From: an uncultured virus (IMG/VR IMGVR_UViG_3300028797_000122)
Lineage: Duplodnaviria > Heunggongvirae > Uroviricota > Caudoviricetes
Virus record (IMG/VR): IMGVR_UViG_3300028797_000122
Strand: one strand, 5' to 3'
DNA: 64,000 nt
Part shown: piece after piece, positions 29,447-39,538 of the stretch
Position numbering within the stretch: position 1 is the first letter of the stretch
Layout of the letters: every line of letters begins with the position of its first letter
Made by a program: the position numbers and the translations under genes
Notes under the pieces: generated by a model
The model's input: the letters and a program-made list of their open reading frames with translations, nothing else
Databases searched by the model: none
Told to the model about the DNA's origin: nothing

Positions 29447-30484
29447 TTATTTCTTTTCCATCGAAGGAGCCGGGACGAATCCTCTGCGTTTTTCAAACCT
29501 TTCGTTGAACTCCTTTTCGTCCCTAGCATTGAGCGACTCGTAACTGTAACGAGTTCCGTTCATGTTGCTCTTAGTCCTTTCCCAGAACCTCAGGTTGTAG
29601 TCCAGTGTAGTTTCACTTGACCCGACAACCGCCTGAGTCACTGTGGTATTGTCGTGCAATCCACGCTCGCTCTTCTTAAATGTTCCGTTGAGTGGGTTGG
29701 GAATATTGAAATCCACGGTGAACGTGGCGAAGTCCATATTGCCGTTATTCGGGTCTATGGTAGGGGCGGCGGTCAACACGGCGGAGTTGTACTCGCTCAT
29801 CTGGATTACATCCAAGTTTGTCCTCGTGCCGGGGGCGTATGTCAACCACGGGGCTACCATATTCAATGCATCTTTGTTCTTGTCAGCGGCCCAGTCATCG
29901 GCAGTTGCCCCGTTCAGGAGTTCCACAGAGATGTCGATTTTATGGAACCCAGACTTGGGGCGTAGGACAAGCGGGGAAATTTGCGAGTTGAACATTGCAT
30001 TGAAGAAATTGAACCACATCAGGTAGTGGTTGTCAACAACAGTCAGGCTCAGTCGTCCCGGCTGAACCTTCTTAGGCATCTGAAAAGTAAGCGCCTTCAT
30101 TGAATCCAAAGAGTCGATTTCCTCTGTGCTCAACGTAGGTTTTGGCAACGTAACCGACTTGCAGTTCCATAGCATATTGAGAATGCGCTTTTCGTTATCC
30201 CAGTGGTCTTCGATGAAGTTGCTGAACTTTTGGAGCATATACGCCGAACCATTGAACCTCTTCGGCGCATGAGTATACTTGTCCCCAGCACAGTTCACCT
30301 GCATGATGGTCAGAGCCTTTTCCACATACTCGCCACTAAACCCGACATGAAACTTGTTCGGGACAAAGCCTTCCGCATGATTGAAATACTTCTGAAGGTA
30401 GCTGTCCGATGGACGCTCCGTATCGTGCATCACGGGGATTACTTCGGTTATTCTATTGTATGGTGTAGACGGTGTGCTGGCCAT
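29447..30484 (-). CDS. Tail-tube-fold baseplate protein (gp54-like)
   Basis: PNKFHV.F...CKSVTLP...LSLTVVD....WF..FN...FTVDF pattern of tube-fold initiators. Confidence 0.5.
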   Translation of the reverse strand: MASTPSTPYNRITEVIPVMHDTERPSDSYLQKYFNHAEGFVPNKFHVGFSGEYVEKALTIMQVNCAGDKYTHAPKRFNGSAYMLQKFSNFIEDHWDNEKRILNMLWNCKSVTLPKPTLSTEEIDSLDSMKALTFQMPKKVQPGRLSLTVVDNHYLMWFNFFNAMFNSQISPLVLRPKSGFHKIDISVELLNGATADDWAADKNKDALNMVAPWLTYAPGTRTNLDVIQMSEYNSAVLTAAPTIDPNNGNMDFATFTVDFNIPNPLNGTFKKSERGLHDNTTVTQAVVGSSETTLDYNLRFWERTKSNMNGTRYSYESLNARDEKEFNERFEKRRGFVPAPSMEKK

Positions 30485-30492
30485 AGGTACTC

Positions 30493-31218
30493 CTAGTATG
30501 AGTTACTGGTTTCTCCACCAGTAATTACACATATCGCAGACATAAACGAGTTTGGGTCTGGAAGGCGGATTATCCTCTTTATTTGGTAATTGAACGACAT
30601 TGTGAACTTCACAGCAGCTATGCTGCCCGGAGTTACCTGCAACGCACTGATGCTTGTCGGGAAACAGCGGTAGTAACGGACAATCATGTGATGTTGGGCC
30701 CTGTCGTCACCGAAATGGAAATCGATGTGCGGGATGTACATCAGCCTGTTCCTGTACCTGTGGTCGTACCCGTAGACCCTGTGATTGTGGTCTAGTATAG
30801 GGAACGCATCCGTCTGTCCGCTCTGGATTGTTTCCATATAGCGGTGAAGTGCCCAGTAGTTCTCGTAGTAGTCATCACAATACATACTTATCGAAATCGA
30901 CTCGTCGTATTCGTTGTCCTCCGTGGTTGGAATGTAAACGCTGAACTTGTAATGGTTTTCCTTGGCATATTTCAGAGAAAGGCCAGGAGCCGTAAAATTG
31001 TCGATGTTTGCGTTTACAGTCTCTGGCGGAGGCGCAGTATGCGCCTTTGTAACGTCATCTACGTGATGTTTTCCGTCATAGTCTGGGTCGTAAGATACGG
31101 GAAGGTCGCCTATCCGACACCTGATAAAACCCTGGTGAACGGGCACCGGGTTTCGTACAAGGTTACGATGCAACTCCCTGACAGTTCGGGGAGTTAGTAT
31201 AGGCTTCTTTTCCGTCAT
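30493..31218 (-). CDS. gp3: Tail tube terminator/completion protein (T4 gp3-like)
   Basis: FTAPGLSL...ISMYCDDYYENYWAL..YM...CFPTSISALQ...FTMSFNY. Confidence 0.6.
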   Translation of the reverse strand: MTEKKPILTPRTVRELHRNLVRNPVPVHQGFIRCRIGDLPVSYDPDYDGKHHVDDVTKAHTAPPPETVNANIDNFTAPGLSLKYAKENHYKFSVYIPTTEDNEYDESISISMYCDDYYENYWALHRYMETIQSGQTDAFPILDHNHRVYGYDHRYRNRLMYIPHIDFHFGDDRAQHHMIVRYYRCFPTSISALQVTPGSIAAVKFTMSFNYQIKRIIRLPDPNSFMSAICVITGGETSNSY

Positions 31219-31221
31219 ATC

Positions 31222-31980
31222 TTACTTCTTCACCTGGACAGAGCCGACGAGGTTGGTCTTGGAGGTCTTCGGCGGTTCCTTCTTGTATTCAGGCTTGCCG
31301 AGTTCCACGAGCTTTTCCGTCTTCTTGCCGTCCATGTCCTTCTGGGCATACTTTGCGAAAGCCTTCGGGTTCGGATTCTTCATCGGCTTGTCACTCGTTA
31401 CAACACCGAAGTCGTCACGTCCGCCGACCTTGAGAGTCGGGTTCTTCTGAGGCTTCACGATGCCGACATTGTTCGGTAGATTGTGAGACCTGATTGCAGA
31501 GATGAGCGTCTTCATGTCGCTGATGGAGATTGCCTCACCAGCCTTGATTGGCTTGATGGTGCCGACGAGAGACTTGCCCTTGACAGTCGGAGCTCCCTTT
31601 ACGGTGTAGGTCGTGTCAACTGTCGCATTGACTGGCTTGAACTTCGGAGTACCAGAAGATGCTTCGAGCTGTGCCGTCTTCTTGACTTCGGGTTCCTTCT
31701 GTGCTTCGCTCGTAGTTTCCTTATGACCCTTGATGCGTTCAGCCTTCCATTCCTTGATGGTCTTGAGAGGCTTTACACAGCCAACCTTGTCATTCTGCAT
31801 TACAAGGCCTTTCTTGGACGGCTTACGCATGGAATCGGTATCTGCCGTGGAAACGGAGGCAGCGTTCCAGAACGGGAACACCTCGTTCGCATCGAGCGTT
31901 TTAACTGGCTTCTTGGTCTCCAAGTGAGCCTTCACTTGGCCAAGAAGTTGTTTCTCAGTAGGGAGGTCAAACATATCCAT
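31222..31980 (-). CDS. Lys-rich basic late protein
   Basis: ORF track; repeated (L/K)VGx(V/I)K segments; late promoter upstream. Confidence 0.75.
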   Translation of the reverse strand: MDMFDLPTEKQLLGQVKAHLETKKPVKTLDANEVFPFWNAASVSTADTDSMRKPSKKGLVMQNDKVGCVKPLKTIKEWKAERIKGHKETTSEAQKEPEVKKTAQLEASSGTPKFKPVNATVDTTYTVKGAPTVKGKSLVGTIKPIKAGEAISISDMKTLISAIRSHNLPNNVGIVKPQKNPTLKVGGRDDFGVVTSDKPMKNPNPKAFAKYAQKDMDGKKTEKLVELGKPEYKKEPPKTSKTNLVGSVQVKK

Positions 31981-32021
31981 AATTCATTCCTATATGGCAA
32001 AAGCCAACATTGTTATGCAAA

Positions 32022-32090
32022 TAGTTTATAAGATTGGCGGAATGAATTATCTGTGAATATTGCATTTAAACCCCAAGACATTATAAACTA
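32022..32090. promoter_or_regulatory. Divergent TATAAACTA late promoters (- at 32022-32030, + at 32082-32090)
   Basis: Exact motifs. Confidence 0.75.
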
Positions 32091-32115
32091 TTTCTGAAAT
32101 AGCTGGTGCAACGTG

Positions 32116-33231
32116 ATGAAAAATATCTTCATAGAGTCTGTAAACAGCGTCATCGGATTGAGTGATGGCCAAAAGGGTGCAGTCGTGTCCTTGTATCGTA
32201 CCTTGTTTGAGGATGGCGCTGGGTACAAGCCTGCGAATAAAGAAGAGGATAAGAAAGAAGATAAGAAGGACGACAAGAAAGACGATAAGAAAGACGATAA
32301 GAAAGGCGGTGATAAAACGGATGATGCTCCAGCCGAATGGAAACGAAATCGCACACCGACTAATATGACCCCGGTCAAGAAGCGTGATGTTAAATACATA
32401 GCGTTGCACTACACGGCTGGCAATTCGTCTTCGTCTGGCTCTGCGTGTAGAACGAAATTCCCTGCCAACTGTTCAGCCGACTTCATCATTGATGATAGCG
32501 AAGTATACCAGTACAATCCTGACTTGGACCACTACTTTACATGGGCTATCGGTGTAAGCGACCCTCAGATTAAAGACAACTATGTAGCTGAGGCGAAAGC
32601 AAGGGGAATGAATGATGCGGCAAGTCTGTATGGAACTGCCAAGAATGCAAATACCATCTCAATCGAAATGTGCAGTAACTATAATGGCGAACGTCCTAAA
32701 AATGCATCACCGCTAGACCCTAACTTTTACTTGACCGAAGCTACCTTGGGGAATACGGCAAAGGTCGTTGCGTATTTGTTGAGTAAATATCCTGGCGCAA
32801 AGGTAATACGCCATTATGATGTCACTGGAAAACCTTGCCCCGGCCCGTGGTGCAGAGACGAGAAAGGAACGCAGCAATATCTTTCGTTTGTGCAACGCTG
32901 CAATGCTACGCCTGCTCCGAAAAGTGTTGAATATCAAGATGTCGAAGATTCATCGTTTGACAAGTCGCAGCCCTCTTGGCCAGATTTCGGTCGTCTGTTT
33001 GCTCCAGATAAAACGAAAACGACGGCAGGCGATGCGGCCAACGCTACTACGGAAAATACACTGAACGCCGTTATTAACTCAGTTAAAACCCCTGCCGCCA
33101 AGGTGCTTGCCGGGGTTATCTCGAAGATTAACCCTAATGCTTCCCCTAATGTTGTCGCCGAATTTGCCAACATGGTTGCTAGTAAGCCGGAGTTGTTGAA
33201 AAATGTACTCAAACTTGTATCAAATAAATAA
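32116..33231 (+). CDS. N-acetylmuramoyl-L-alanine amidase (Amidase_2) with shared leader and KKDD linker
   Basis: YIALHYTAG, SADFIID, NANTISIEMC and VIRHYDVTGKPCPG (Zn ligands H, H, C). Confidence 0.88.
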   Translation: MKNIFIESVNSVIGLSDGQKGAVVSLYRTLFEDGAGYKPANKEEDKKEDKKDDKKDDKKDDKKGGDKTDDAPAEWKRNRTPTNMTPVKKRDVKYIALHYTAGNSSSSGSACRTKFPANCSADFIIDDSEVYQYNPDLDHYFTWAIGVSDPQIKDNYVAEAKARGMNDAASLYGTAKNANTISIEMCSNYNGERPKNASPLDPNFYLTEATLGNTAKVVAYLLSKYPGAKVIRHYDVTGKPCPGPWCRDEKGTQQYLSFVQRCNATPAPKSVEYQDVEDSSFDKSQPSWPDFGRLFAPDKTKTTAGDAANATTENTLNAVINSVKTPAAKVLAGVISKINPNASPNVVAEFANMVASKPELLKNVLKLVSNK

Positions 33232-34930
33232 TAAGTATGCTTTGATGGAAGCTTCGTTGAAGAGTATTTATGGAATTGATGCCGATACGGTCAATGCTAT
33301 CATCACATTGCATCAGACGGTATATAAGCCTCAGTTTGAAAGTGTAGGCTCGGTAGCTCGAATATCCCTTGCCGCTGTACTTACTGGAACCGCCCTTTAT
33401 TCGGGTGCTGCCGGAGTGATTGCCTCTGCCATCGCCGTCGTTAGCGCTATATCTGGCGGTACTGCAATACCGTTCATTGGTGCTGCCGCTGCTGTTCTGT
33501 TTGCTGGATGGGCGGTGTACGATGCGGTCACTGATGTGTCCAAGGCAAATAAAGAAGCAAAGGAAATTATTCACGAAGGCAAAGCGATGGATGTGGCGGA
33601 AGCGGCTGTGAAAGAGCAGATGACGAGTAACCCATATGCAAAGTATGCGGTCGATGCGGCCAAGCGTACAGGACAAATTTTGAAGGAAACTGGCGGCAAT
33701 CTGATGGATAAGCTTGATGCCGTTTCGAAGACGACAACTACCAAGAAAGCGGATTCAACCGATACGATAGATGATGACGAGTTTGCCAAAAAGTTTGGTT
33801 TCACGAAGGACCTCCAGATTGTCGATGAGGACAATGCACTTAACCATTCGATGCAATTCTTCTATTACATGAATGGTTTTAACGAGTATGGCAACAAGGT
33901 TATAGACAAAGAAGCTCATGATGAGTTCATGAAGCAGTTTGAGGAATATTGGGAAGAACATAGTGATTTCCTTCCGTACTTGAACGAGAAGGAAGCAAGG
34001 TCCAAGATGTTTGTCGAGTTCGGTCGCAAGTATTACAAGGAAACCTTCATGCCGATGTTCAGGAAAAAACTTGCCGAAGCCAAGAAACTCAAAGACAAGG
34101 GAAAGAGCGTTGAGGAATTGGAAGCGGAAGGACGTAACGAGTTCGGGGATGTCGTTGATAATGTAAAATACTACGCCACGATGGGATTCACCCCGGATGC
34201 AAAAATTACTGACATCAATAAATTCTCGAAGGCATTTACTGCAAAGACGGGTCTTGACCTGAGTTACAACCCGGTGTCACCTGAAGGTGAAGAACTGTTG
34301 GAACGAATGATGAAGGACAAGTCGGAAGAATATCTGAAATATCTTCCAGCACCAGTGTTCCTCATGGAAGAGAAAGACCAGAAACCGTTTATCGAGAAAG
34401 CCCGTGACCCGAAACGCCGTGGAGAATCGCAGGTTGGCCGTTACGGAAAGGATATGATAGCATCTAATGCCGCCGCAAACAAAGTTGCGACCGAGCAGAA
34501 GGCTGGTAATGGTGCAGTCGCTCGAAATGGTGCGGCGCAACCGCAACCGCAACAACAAACGGATTCAAGTAACCAACAGCAGGATGATATCACTAATGCG
34601 CCTGATGTAGACAAGCAATCGGGCCCGTACCGTACTGTCGGAAAGGCTCAGTTGCTCAAAATATACAACCTCTTGCCAGAGCGTTCAAAGCACCTGATGC
34701 GTCTTGGATACATAATGAATATCAATAACGGTAAGTTTTACCGAATGAGTGATGCTGATAGGCTGGTCATGCCGCAGATTGTTCATGAGGCTCGAAAGGA
34801 AGCTGAACGCCAATGGATTGAACAACGCAGACAGGTCAAGCTTAACCAGGGTCGGTTGACCAGGGACGATATGACTAAGGAAGAAATTGAGGAATCGAAC
34901 AGGAGGGCGGGATTCCCCTCGAATAGCTAA
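33203..34930 (+). CDS. Hypothetical protein with shared leader followed by a long hydrophobic G/A-rich segment
   Basis: ...TVNAIITLHQTVYKPQFES followed by about 60 apolar residues (ISLAAVLTGTALYSGAAGVIASAIAVVSAISGGTAIPFIGAAAAVLFAGWAVY). Confidence 0.75.
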   Translation: MYSNLYQINNKYALMEASLKSIYGIDADTVNAIITLHQTVYKPQFESVGSVARISLAAVLTGTALYSGAAGVIASAIAVVSAISGGTAIPFIGAAAAVLFAGWAVYDAVTDVSKANKEAKEIIHEGKAMDVAEAAVKEQMTSNPYAKYAVDAAKRTGQILKETGGNLMDKLDAVSKTTTTKKADSTDTIDDDEFAKKFGFTKDLQIVDEDNALNHSMQFFYYMNGFNEYGNKVIDKEAHDEFMKQFEEYWEEHSDFLPYLNEKEARSKMFVEFGRKYYKETFMPMFRKKLAEAKKLKDKGKSVEELEAEGRNEFGDVVDNVKYYATMGFTPDAKITDINKFSKAFTAKTGLDLSYNPVSPEGEELLERMMKDKSEEYLKYLPAPVFLMEEKDQKPFIEKARDPKRRGESQVGRYGKDMIASNAAANKVATEQKAGNGAVARNGAAQPQPQQQTDSSNQQQDDITNAPDVDKQSGPYRTVGKAQLLKIYNLLPERSKHLMRLGYIMNINNGKFYRMSDADRLVMPQIVHEARKEAERQWIEQRRQVKLNQGRLTRDDMTKEEIEESNRRAGFPSNS

Positions 34931-34954
34931 TCATATACACCTAAGGAGAGACAT

Positions 34955-36619
34955 ATGCCATTTAACGGGATTCCTAATTTGCGAGATGCAAATGAGCCAG
35001 TCAAGCTCGACCTTTACAAGTTAAAGGAAATAAAGAAGTGCGCACTTGACCCGATTTACTTCATCCGTAACTACGTGTACATCAACACCAAGGACAACGG
35101 CATGCAGTTGTTCGACCTGTACGACTTTCAGGAGAGTGCAATAGCCAGGTTCCTGAAATACAGGTTTAACATAAACAAATGGTCGAGACAGGTTGGAAAA
35201 TCGACGGTCGTCCGTGGGTTTATCCTTTGGTGGGGTATCTTCCATAAGGACCAGCTCATAGCCATGATTGGTAACAAACTGTCCTTGGCAAAGGAACAGA
35301 TGCAGCAGCTCCGTGATTCGTACAGCCGACTTCCAGTATGGTTGCAACCCGGTGTCAAGCTGTGGAACAAGACTTCCATCCAGTTCTCGAACAACTCACG
35401 CATCATCGTTTCTTCGTCCTCTCCTGACAATATCCGTGGTTTCTCGATTAACCTTTTGTATCTGGACGAATTTGCGTTCCTTAGGCCTAACCTTGCGACG
35501 GAATTCATCGCTTCCGTTATGCCGTCTATTTCTTCGGGTAAGACAACCCGTTGTATCATCACCTCCACTCCTAACGGCATGAACCACTTTTACGAAATGT
35601 GGCAGACATCCTTGGAGGAAAAGGAAGCTGCTGTCGAGTTCGAGAAGGGGAACAACAACCTCTATGTGCGCTCCGTTGTTCAATGGAACGAGGTTCCCGG
35701 TCGAACAGAGGCTTGGGCAAATGCTGAAAAACTTAAAATTGGCGACCAGCGTTTCCGTCAGGAATACGAATGTGAGTTCGTCGGTTCTGGTATAACCCTT
35801 ATCGACTACCGTTGCTTGGAAAAGTTGAAGGCATCGGACCCGCTTCCGTTCGATGACAGTATATGGCCTCCGGCTCTTGCTGACATCGTAAGGGATATTT
35901 CTATGAGGGCGTTCAAGTATCCTGAACCCGTGGGAGCTATCGAGGCCAAGGGATACTCGTATGTCGCATCCATCGATACGGCTTATGGTATGAGACAGGA
36001 CGCCCATGTCTTGCAGATTGTGAAGGTGTATTCAAACATCAGGTGTGAACAGGTGTTCACGATGTCGTCCAACTGTACGGAAGTGAATGATTTCTGTAAG
36101 ATAGCGAACATCATTCTTAAATTCTATCGCAACCCGTACCTAATCATCGAATACAACGGACCTGGAAAATCCACCTATGACTACTTCTTCAATGTGGCCA
36201 TGTATCCTAATATTCTCAACTTTGACTTGAAGTGCCGTGGTCTGTGGGCAACGCCGACGTTGAAGAGCAACGTGGTCATCCTCCTTAAAATGTACATCCA
36301 GCGTGAATACTTGAAGGTGTATGATTACAACACAATCATGGAACTCATGACGTTTACTCAGAAAACCCAGAATACATGGGGCGGCGGAGGAAATACGCAC
36401 GATGACCATGTGACCTCGTTGTACTGGATTGTCTACTATCTCACCACGACATACTACTACGGCAACTACGAAGCAATAGAAGACCTAACCGAAACGGAAA
36501 TGCTGAGGTTGAGTACGGAGATGAGGAACCGTTATATGGATGTACTTGACTTCGTCAGGTCTCCCGAAGCTCAACAGGAACAGCACAGGCTTGGGGCTCT
36601 TGCGGAAGCGAGTGTATAA
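34955..36619 (+). CDS. terL: Terminase large subunit (T4 gp17-like)
   Basis: DPIYFIRNYV, LYDFQ, Walker A RQVGKST, Walker B LYLDEFAF, ITSTPNG, RQEYECEF and nuclease acidic residues (SIDTA, HDDHV). Confidence 0.95.
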   Translation: MPFNGIPNLRDANEPVKLDLYKLKEIKKCALDPIYFIRNYVYINTKDNGMQLFDLYDFQESAIARFLKYRFNINKWSRQVGKSTVVRGFILWWGIFHKDQLIAMIGNKLSLAKEQMQQLRDSYSRLPVWLQPGVKLWNKTSIQFSNNSRIIVSSSSPDNIRGFSINLLYLDEFAFLRPNLATEFIASVMPSISSGKTTRCIITSTPNGMNHFYEMWQTSLEEKEAAVEFEKGNNNLYVRSVVQWNEVPGRTEAWANAEKLKIGDQRFRQEYECEFVGSGITLIDYRCLEKLKASDPLPFDDSIWPPALADIVRDISMRAFKYPEPVGAIEAKGYSYVASIDTAYGMRQDAHVLQIVKVYSNIRCEQVFTMSSNCTEVNDFCKIANIILKFYRNPYLIIEYNGPGKSTYDYFFNVAMYPNILNFDLKCRGLWATPTLKSNVVILLKMYIQREYLKVYDYNTIMELMTFTQKTQNTWGGGGNTHDDHVTSLYWIVYYLTTTYYYGNYEAIEDLTETEMLRLSTEMRNRYMDVLDFVRSPEAQQEQHRLGALAEASV

Positions 36620-36623
36620 ACTA
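36615..36623 (+). promoter_or_regulatory. Late-promoter-like TATAAACTA overlapping the terL stop codon
   Basis: Exact motif. Confidence 0.65.
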
Positions 36624-36643
36624 CAAGAAAATACGGTAGCGAT

Positions 36644-37075
36644 ATGACGAACGATATTGATGAATTGATGGACGGAGTGTATAAGAGTGGCGAGATTTCA
36701 ATAGACAAGGAAAAGGTTAGCCTTCTTAACATTTTCATGCAGAGAGCATTTCCTGCCGTCAGCAAAAAAACAATAGCCGATGCATCAGCACTGCTTGCCG
36801 TATATTGTTGCCTTCTTACCGAGGGCAAACGTATTTTAGTTAACGACCATGAAATGGATGCCGAAGCGTTCAACAAGTTCTTCGATACATATGCCAAGAA
36901 GTCTGAAGGTGACTTTGAAAGGATGGAAGACATGTATAGCTTCTATGGTTCCGCTCTTGTCGTCGCTCTTTTTGTCTACCAATATACCTCCGGGCTTACA
37001 TCCAAGGATGCCATGTTCCATGAGACAAGGGGTGGCGATACAGCTGACCGTATAGCTGATGCTATCGACGAGTAG
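36644..37075 (+). CDS. Hypothetical protein
   Basis: ORF track; promoter motif upstream. Confidence 0.7.
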   Translation: MTNDIDELMDGVYKSGEISIDKEKVSLLNIFMQRAFPAVSKKTIADASALLAVYCCLLTEGKRILVNDHEMDAEAFNKFFDTYAKKSEGDFERMEDMYSFYGSALVVALFVYQYTSGLTSKDAMFHETRGGDTADRIADAIDE

Positions 37076-37092
37076 AAAATATAGTAACCCAC

Positions 37093-37121
37093 TTGCCAAC
37101 ATTTTCGTAAAATTATATATT
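37093..37121 (+). promoter_or_regulatory. Sigma70-type promoter TTGCCA-N17-TATATT
   Basis: Exact 17-nt spacing. Confidence 0.65.
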
Positions 37122-37163
37122 TTTGGGGAATGCAGGGAGTATTCCCCTTTTTTGAGGATTTTT

Positions 37164-37697
37164 ATGCCAGATGAAGTGAAAGTGATTACAGCGCCTACTG
37201 ACGAGAATGGGCAAATAAACGTCGATGACAACATCGAAAAGCTTGCGGATTGGATGAAGGACAAGGTCAGGACCAAGAATAAAAAGGGTAAGTTCGATGT
37301 TGACATTATGCTTCAGAACATGGTTGAGAACATTGGCGACGGCCAGATTAACGCCAATGGACTCCTCATGCAGGCCCAGATTCAACTTGCTGACATGGAA
37401 GATGACCTTGCGAAAAAGTGGGCTAAACAATTCGAAATACTTATGAACAGCAGACAGCCTTTCGAGAAGACGAAGGAAAATGTCACTATGTATCTTTCAG
37501 GAAAGCAGGATATCGCTGACCTGAACCTTAGAATCAAGAAGAAAAAAGCTTATATCGAGAATTTGAAAGGTTTTGCTGATGCGGTCAGATATTATCCAAA
37601 GAATGTCCAGACCATCCTCGACTTGAATGCTCTTGCGGTAGAATCTGGAAAGAAGGGTCTTATTGACCTGGATAGCGTGGCGGAGGATGAACAATAA
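37164..37697 (+). CDS. uvsY: Recombination mediator UvsY-like protein
   Basis: QPFEKTKENVTMYLSGKQDIADL..RI....AYIENLK matches the UvsY C-terminal pattern. Start placed at ATG 37164 after a GAGG RBS and the promoter. Confidence 0.55.
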   Translation: MPDEVKVITAPTDENGQINVDDNIEKLADWMKDKVRTKNKKGKFDVDIMLQNMVENIGDGQINANGLLMQAQIQLADMEDDLAKKWAKQFEILMNSRQPFEKTKENVTMYLSGKQDIADLNLRIKKKKAYIENLKGFADAVRYYPKNVQTILDLNALAVESGKKGLIDLDSVAEDEQ

Positions 37698-38401
37698 TGG
37701 CTGACGAAACCTTCAATCCGTTTAACATGAATATGCCGTGGGATGTTGACCCGAGCAAGACTTCCGCAACTGCGGAACCAGCCGTCGAGGACAAATCCAA
37801 AGCCGAACCAGCACAAGAGGATGCTTCTGCCGAGCCGAAACAGGACATTTTCACTGCCTTGGAAGAAAAGTTGAGACTTCCCATCGGTTCTACCAAGGAA
37901 GGAATCGAAGAAACCAAGCAGATGGTCAGGAAGATTCAGGCGAAGACGGCAATCTTCGAGACTAAGGGCACAGCACTTCTTGCACAGGAAAAGCTAGGAA
38001 AGCTTACGCCTGCACAGCATTTTGCCGAATGTGCTAGAATCAGGGCGCAGGCCAACCGTCTATACGACATTTCGTCCAACCTCATGGACAAGTTGAATGA
38101 CCAGGTTGAAGCGTCGCTTGACATGACAGACAAGATGTGGTCTGCGGTCAGTTCGATGATTTCGAGTGTCGGTCAGAGTCTTGAACGTCTCCTGAAGGTG
38201 ACTCAGGAACTCCGAAAGGAAGAGGACTTGCTTGCCATGGAAGTCAAGGAAGCCGAAGACGCAAAGAAGCTGGCGAATGATGATGGCACTATTGATGCAA
38301 CGCCTAATGACATGAATAAGCTTGTGACATTCTTCCAGGAAGAAGAAAGAAAAGCTACTGAGCAAAAACAAATTGAACATAAGGACGAAGAACATGAATA
38401 A
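37697..38401 (+). CDS. Probable terminase small subunit (T4 gp16-like)
   Basis: LYDISSNLMD.L...KMWSAVSSMISSVGQSLERLLKV.QEL...IDATPNDMNKLV parallels the gp16 helical hairpin and its C-terminal motif. Confidence 0.4.
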   Translation: MADETFNPFNMNMPWDVDPSKTSATAEPAVEDKSKAEPAQEDASAEPKQDIFTALEEKLRLPIGSTKEGIEETKQMVRKIQAKTAIFETKGTALLAQEKLGKLTPAQHFAECARIRAQANRLYDISSNLMDKLNDQVEASLDMTDKMWSAVSSMISSVGQSLERLLKVTQELRKEEDLLAMEVKEAEDAKKLANDDGTIDATPNDMNKLVTFFQEEERKATEQKQIEHKDEEHE

Positions 38402-39527
38402 AATTGGTATCATTGGCGATATCCATGTCGGTCAGACATTTTATCACAATCAGGTCATAACTGATTATCACAACAAGAAGCGTGACGAACTCTTCGACGA
38501 AATCATCGCCCGGTTCAAGAAGGAAGGGGTGGATACCATCCTGTTCAGCGGAGACATCTTCGATAACCGAAATATCGTTACGGTCGAATCTCTCCACTAT
38601 GTCATCGACCTTTTTGCGAACCGCATGAAGGATTTCAAAATCATCACGATTACTGGAAACCACGACATGCAGTACGAAAACTCCGACTGTCTTACGTCGT
38701 TGGAGTTCCTTCACTTCATCCCTAACGTGACCCTGATTGACAAGGGGCCTGTGGCAATGCAGTTCGGCCAGTACACATGGCATCTTTTCCCGTGGTTGGG
38801 TACTCCGGCCAACAAGGAGAAGGCTCTTGAATACATGATGTCGGTTGGATGCACTCCCGAAAAGCGAGCTGCTAATGTATTCTTCGGACACTTCGACATT
38901 ATCGGCATGTTAATGGAAGCAGGAAACCTTTCAGTTGCAGGATTCGACCCGAACGAGATGTCGAAGTATTGCACCTATGTCATCAGCGGCCATTACCACT
39001 GCAAGTCCGCCAAGAAGATTGGAAACACCCGTTTCCTCTATCTCGGTACGCCATACCATCTCTCGTTTGCCCACCTCGGGGTAGACCCAGGTTATTACAT
39101 CTGTAATACCGACACGATGAAGATTGACTTCATCGAGAACAAAATCGGTGAACGCTACATCGAAGTGAGCGACTACGATGATATCGACGCCCTGCCTGAC
39201 CTTAGCGGTACGCTTGTCAAGTACAACAACGACGTGTCGAAGACTTCCGAGGAGGCGATGGTTCCTCTCGACAAGTTGAAGGCGAAGAATCCGCTCCATG
39301 TATTCCCGTCTCCCTATGGCAAGCATGCCGAGGAGAGGAATGCAGCCGATGCCGTCGCCATAATAGAGGAGGACGACGAGGAAGCAAAGAAGGTCGTGAC
39401 GATGAGCCAGATGGAAGTCGCCAGACTGTTCATGGACAATGCGGACCAGCCTCCTCCGACTTTGAGTGACGGAACGAGTTCTAAGGACAAAATTATTTCC
39501 ATGATTGCAAGTTTTGATGCAACATAA
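38394..39527 (+). CDS. gp47: Recombination endonuclease subunit (T4 gp47/SbcD/Mre11-like)
   Basis: IGDIHVG, SGDIFD, TGNHD, FGHF, SGHYH and YLGTPY. Confidence 0.88.
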   Translation: MNKIGIIGDIHVGQTFYHNQVITDYHNKKRDELFDEIIARFKKEGVDTILFSGDIFDNRNIVTVESLHYVIDLFANRMKDFKIITITGNHDMQYENSDCLTSLEFLHFIPNVTLIDKGPVAMQFGQYTWHLFPWLGTPANKEKALEYMMSVGCTPEKRAANVFFGHFDIIGMLMEAGNLSVAGFDPNEMSKYCTYVISGHYHCKSAKKIGNTRFLYLGTPYHLSFAHLGVDPGYYICNTDTMKIDFIENKIGERYIEVSDYDDIDALPDLSGTLVKYNNDVSKTSEEAMVPLDKLKAKNPLHVFPSPYGKHAEERNAADAVAIIEEDDEEAKKVVTMSQMEVARLFMDNADQPPPTLSDGTSSKDKIISMIASFDAT

Positions 39528-39538
39528 AAGGAGCTGAT

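Noticed and set aside
32240..32305. GACGATAAGAAA-type tandem repeats, and similar at 3120-3186 and 43290-43340
   Set aside because: Low-complexity charged linkers within proteins, not independent elements.
34955..36619. Intron or intein in terL or gp44
   Set aside because: Lengths and motif spacing are ordinary; no intein C/S...HN signature or interruption was seen.
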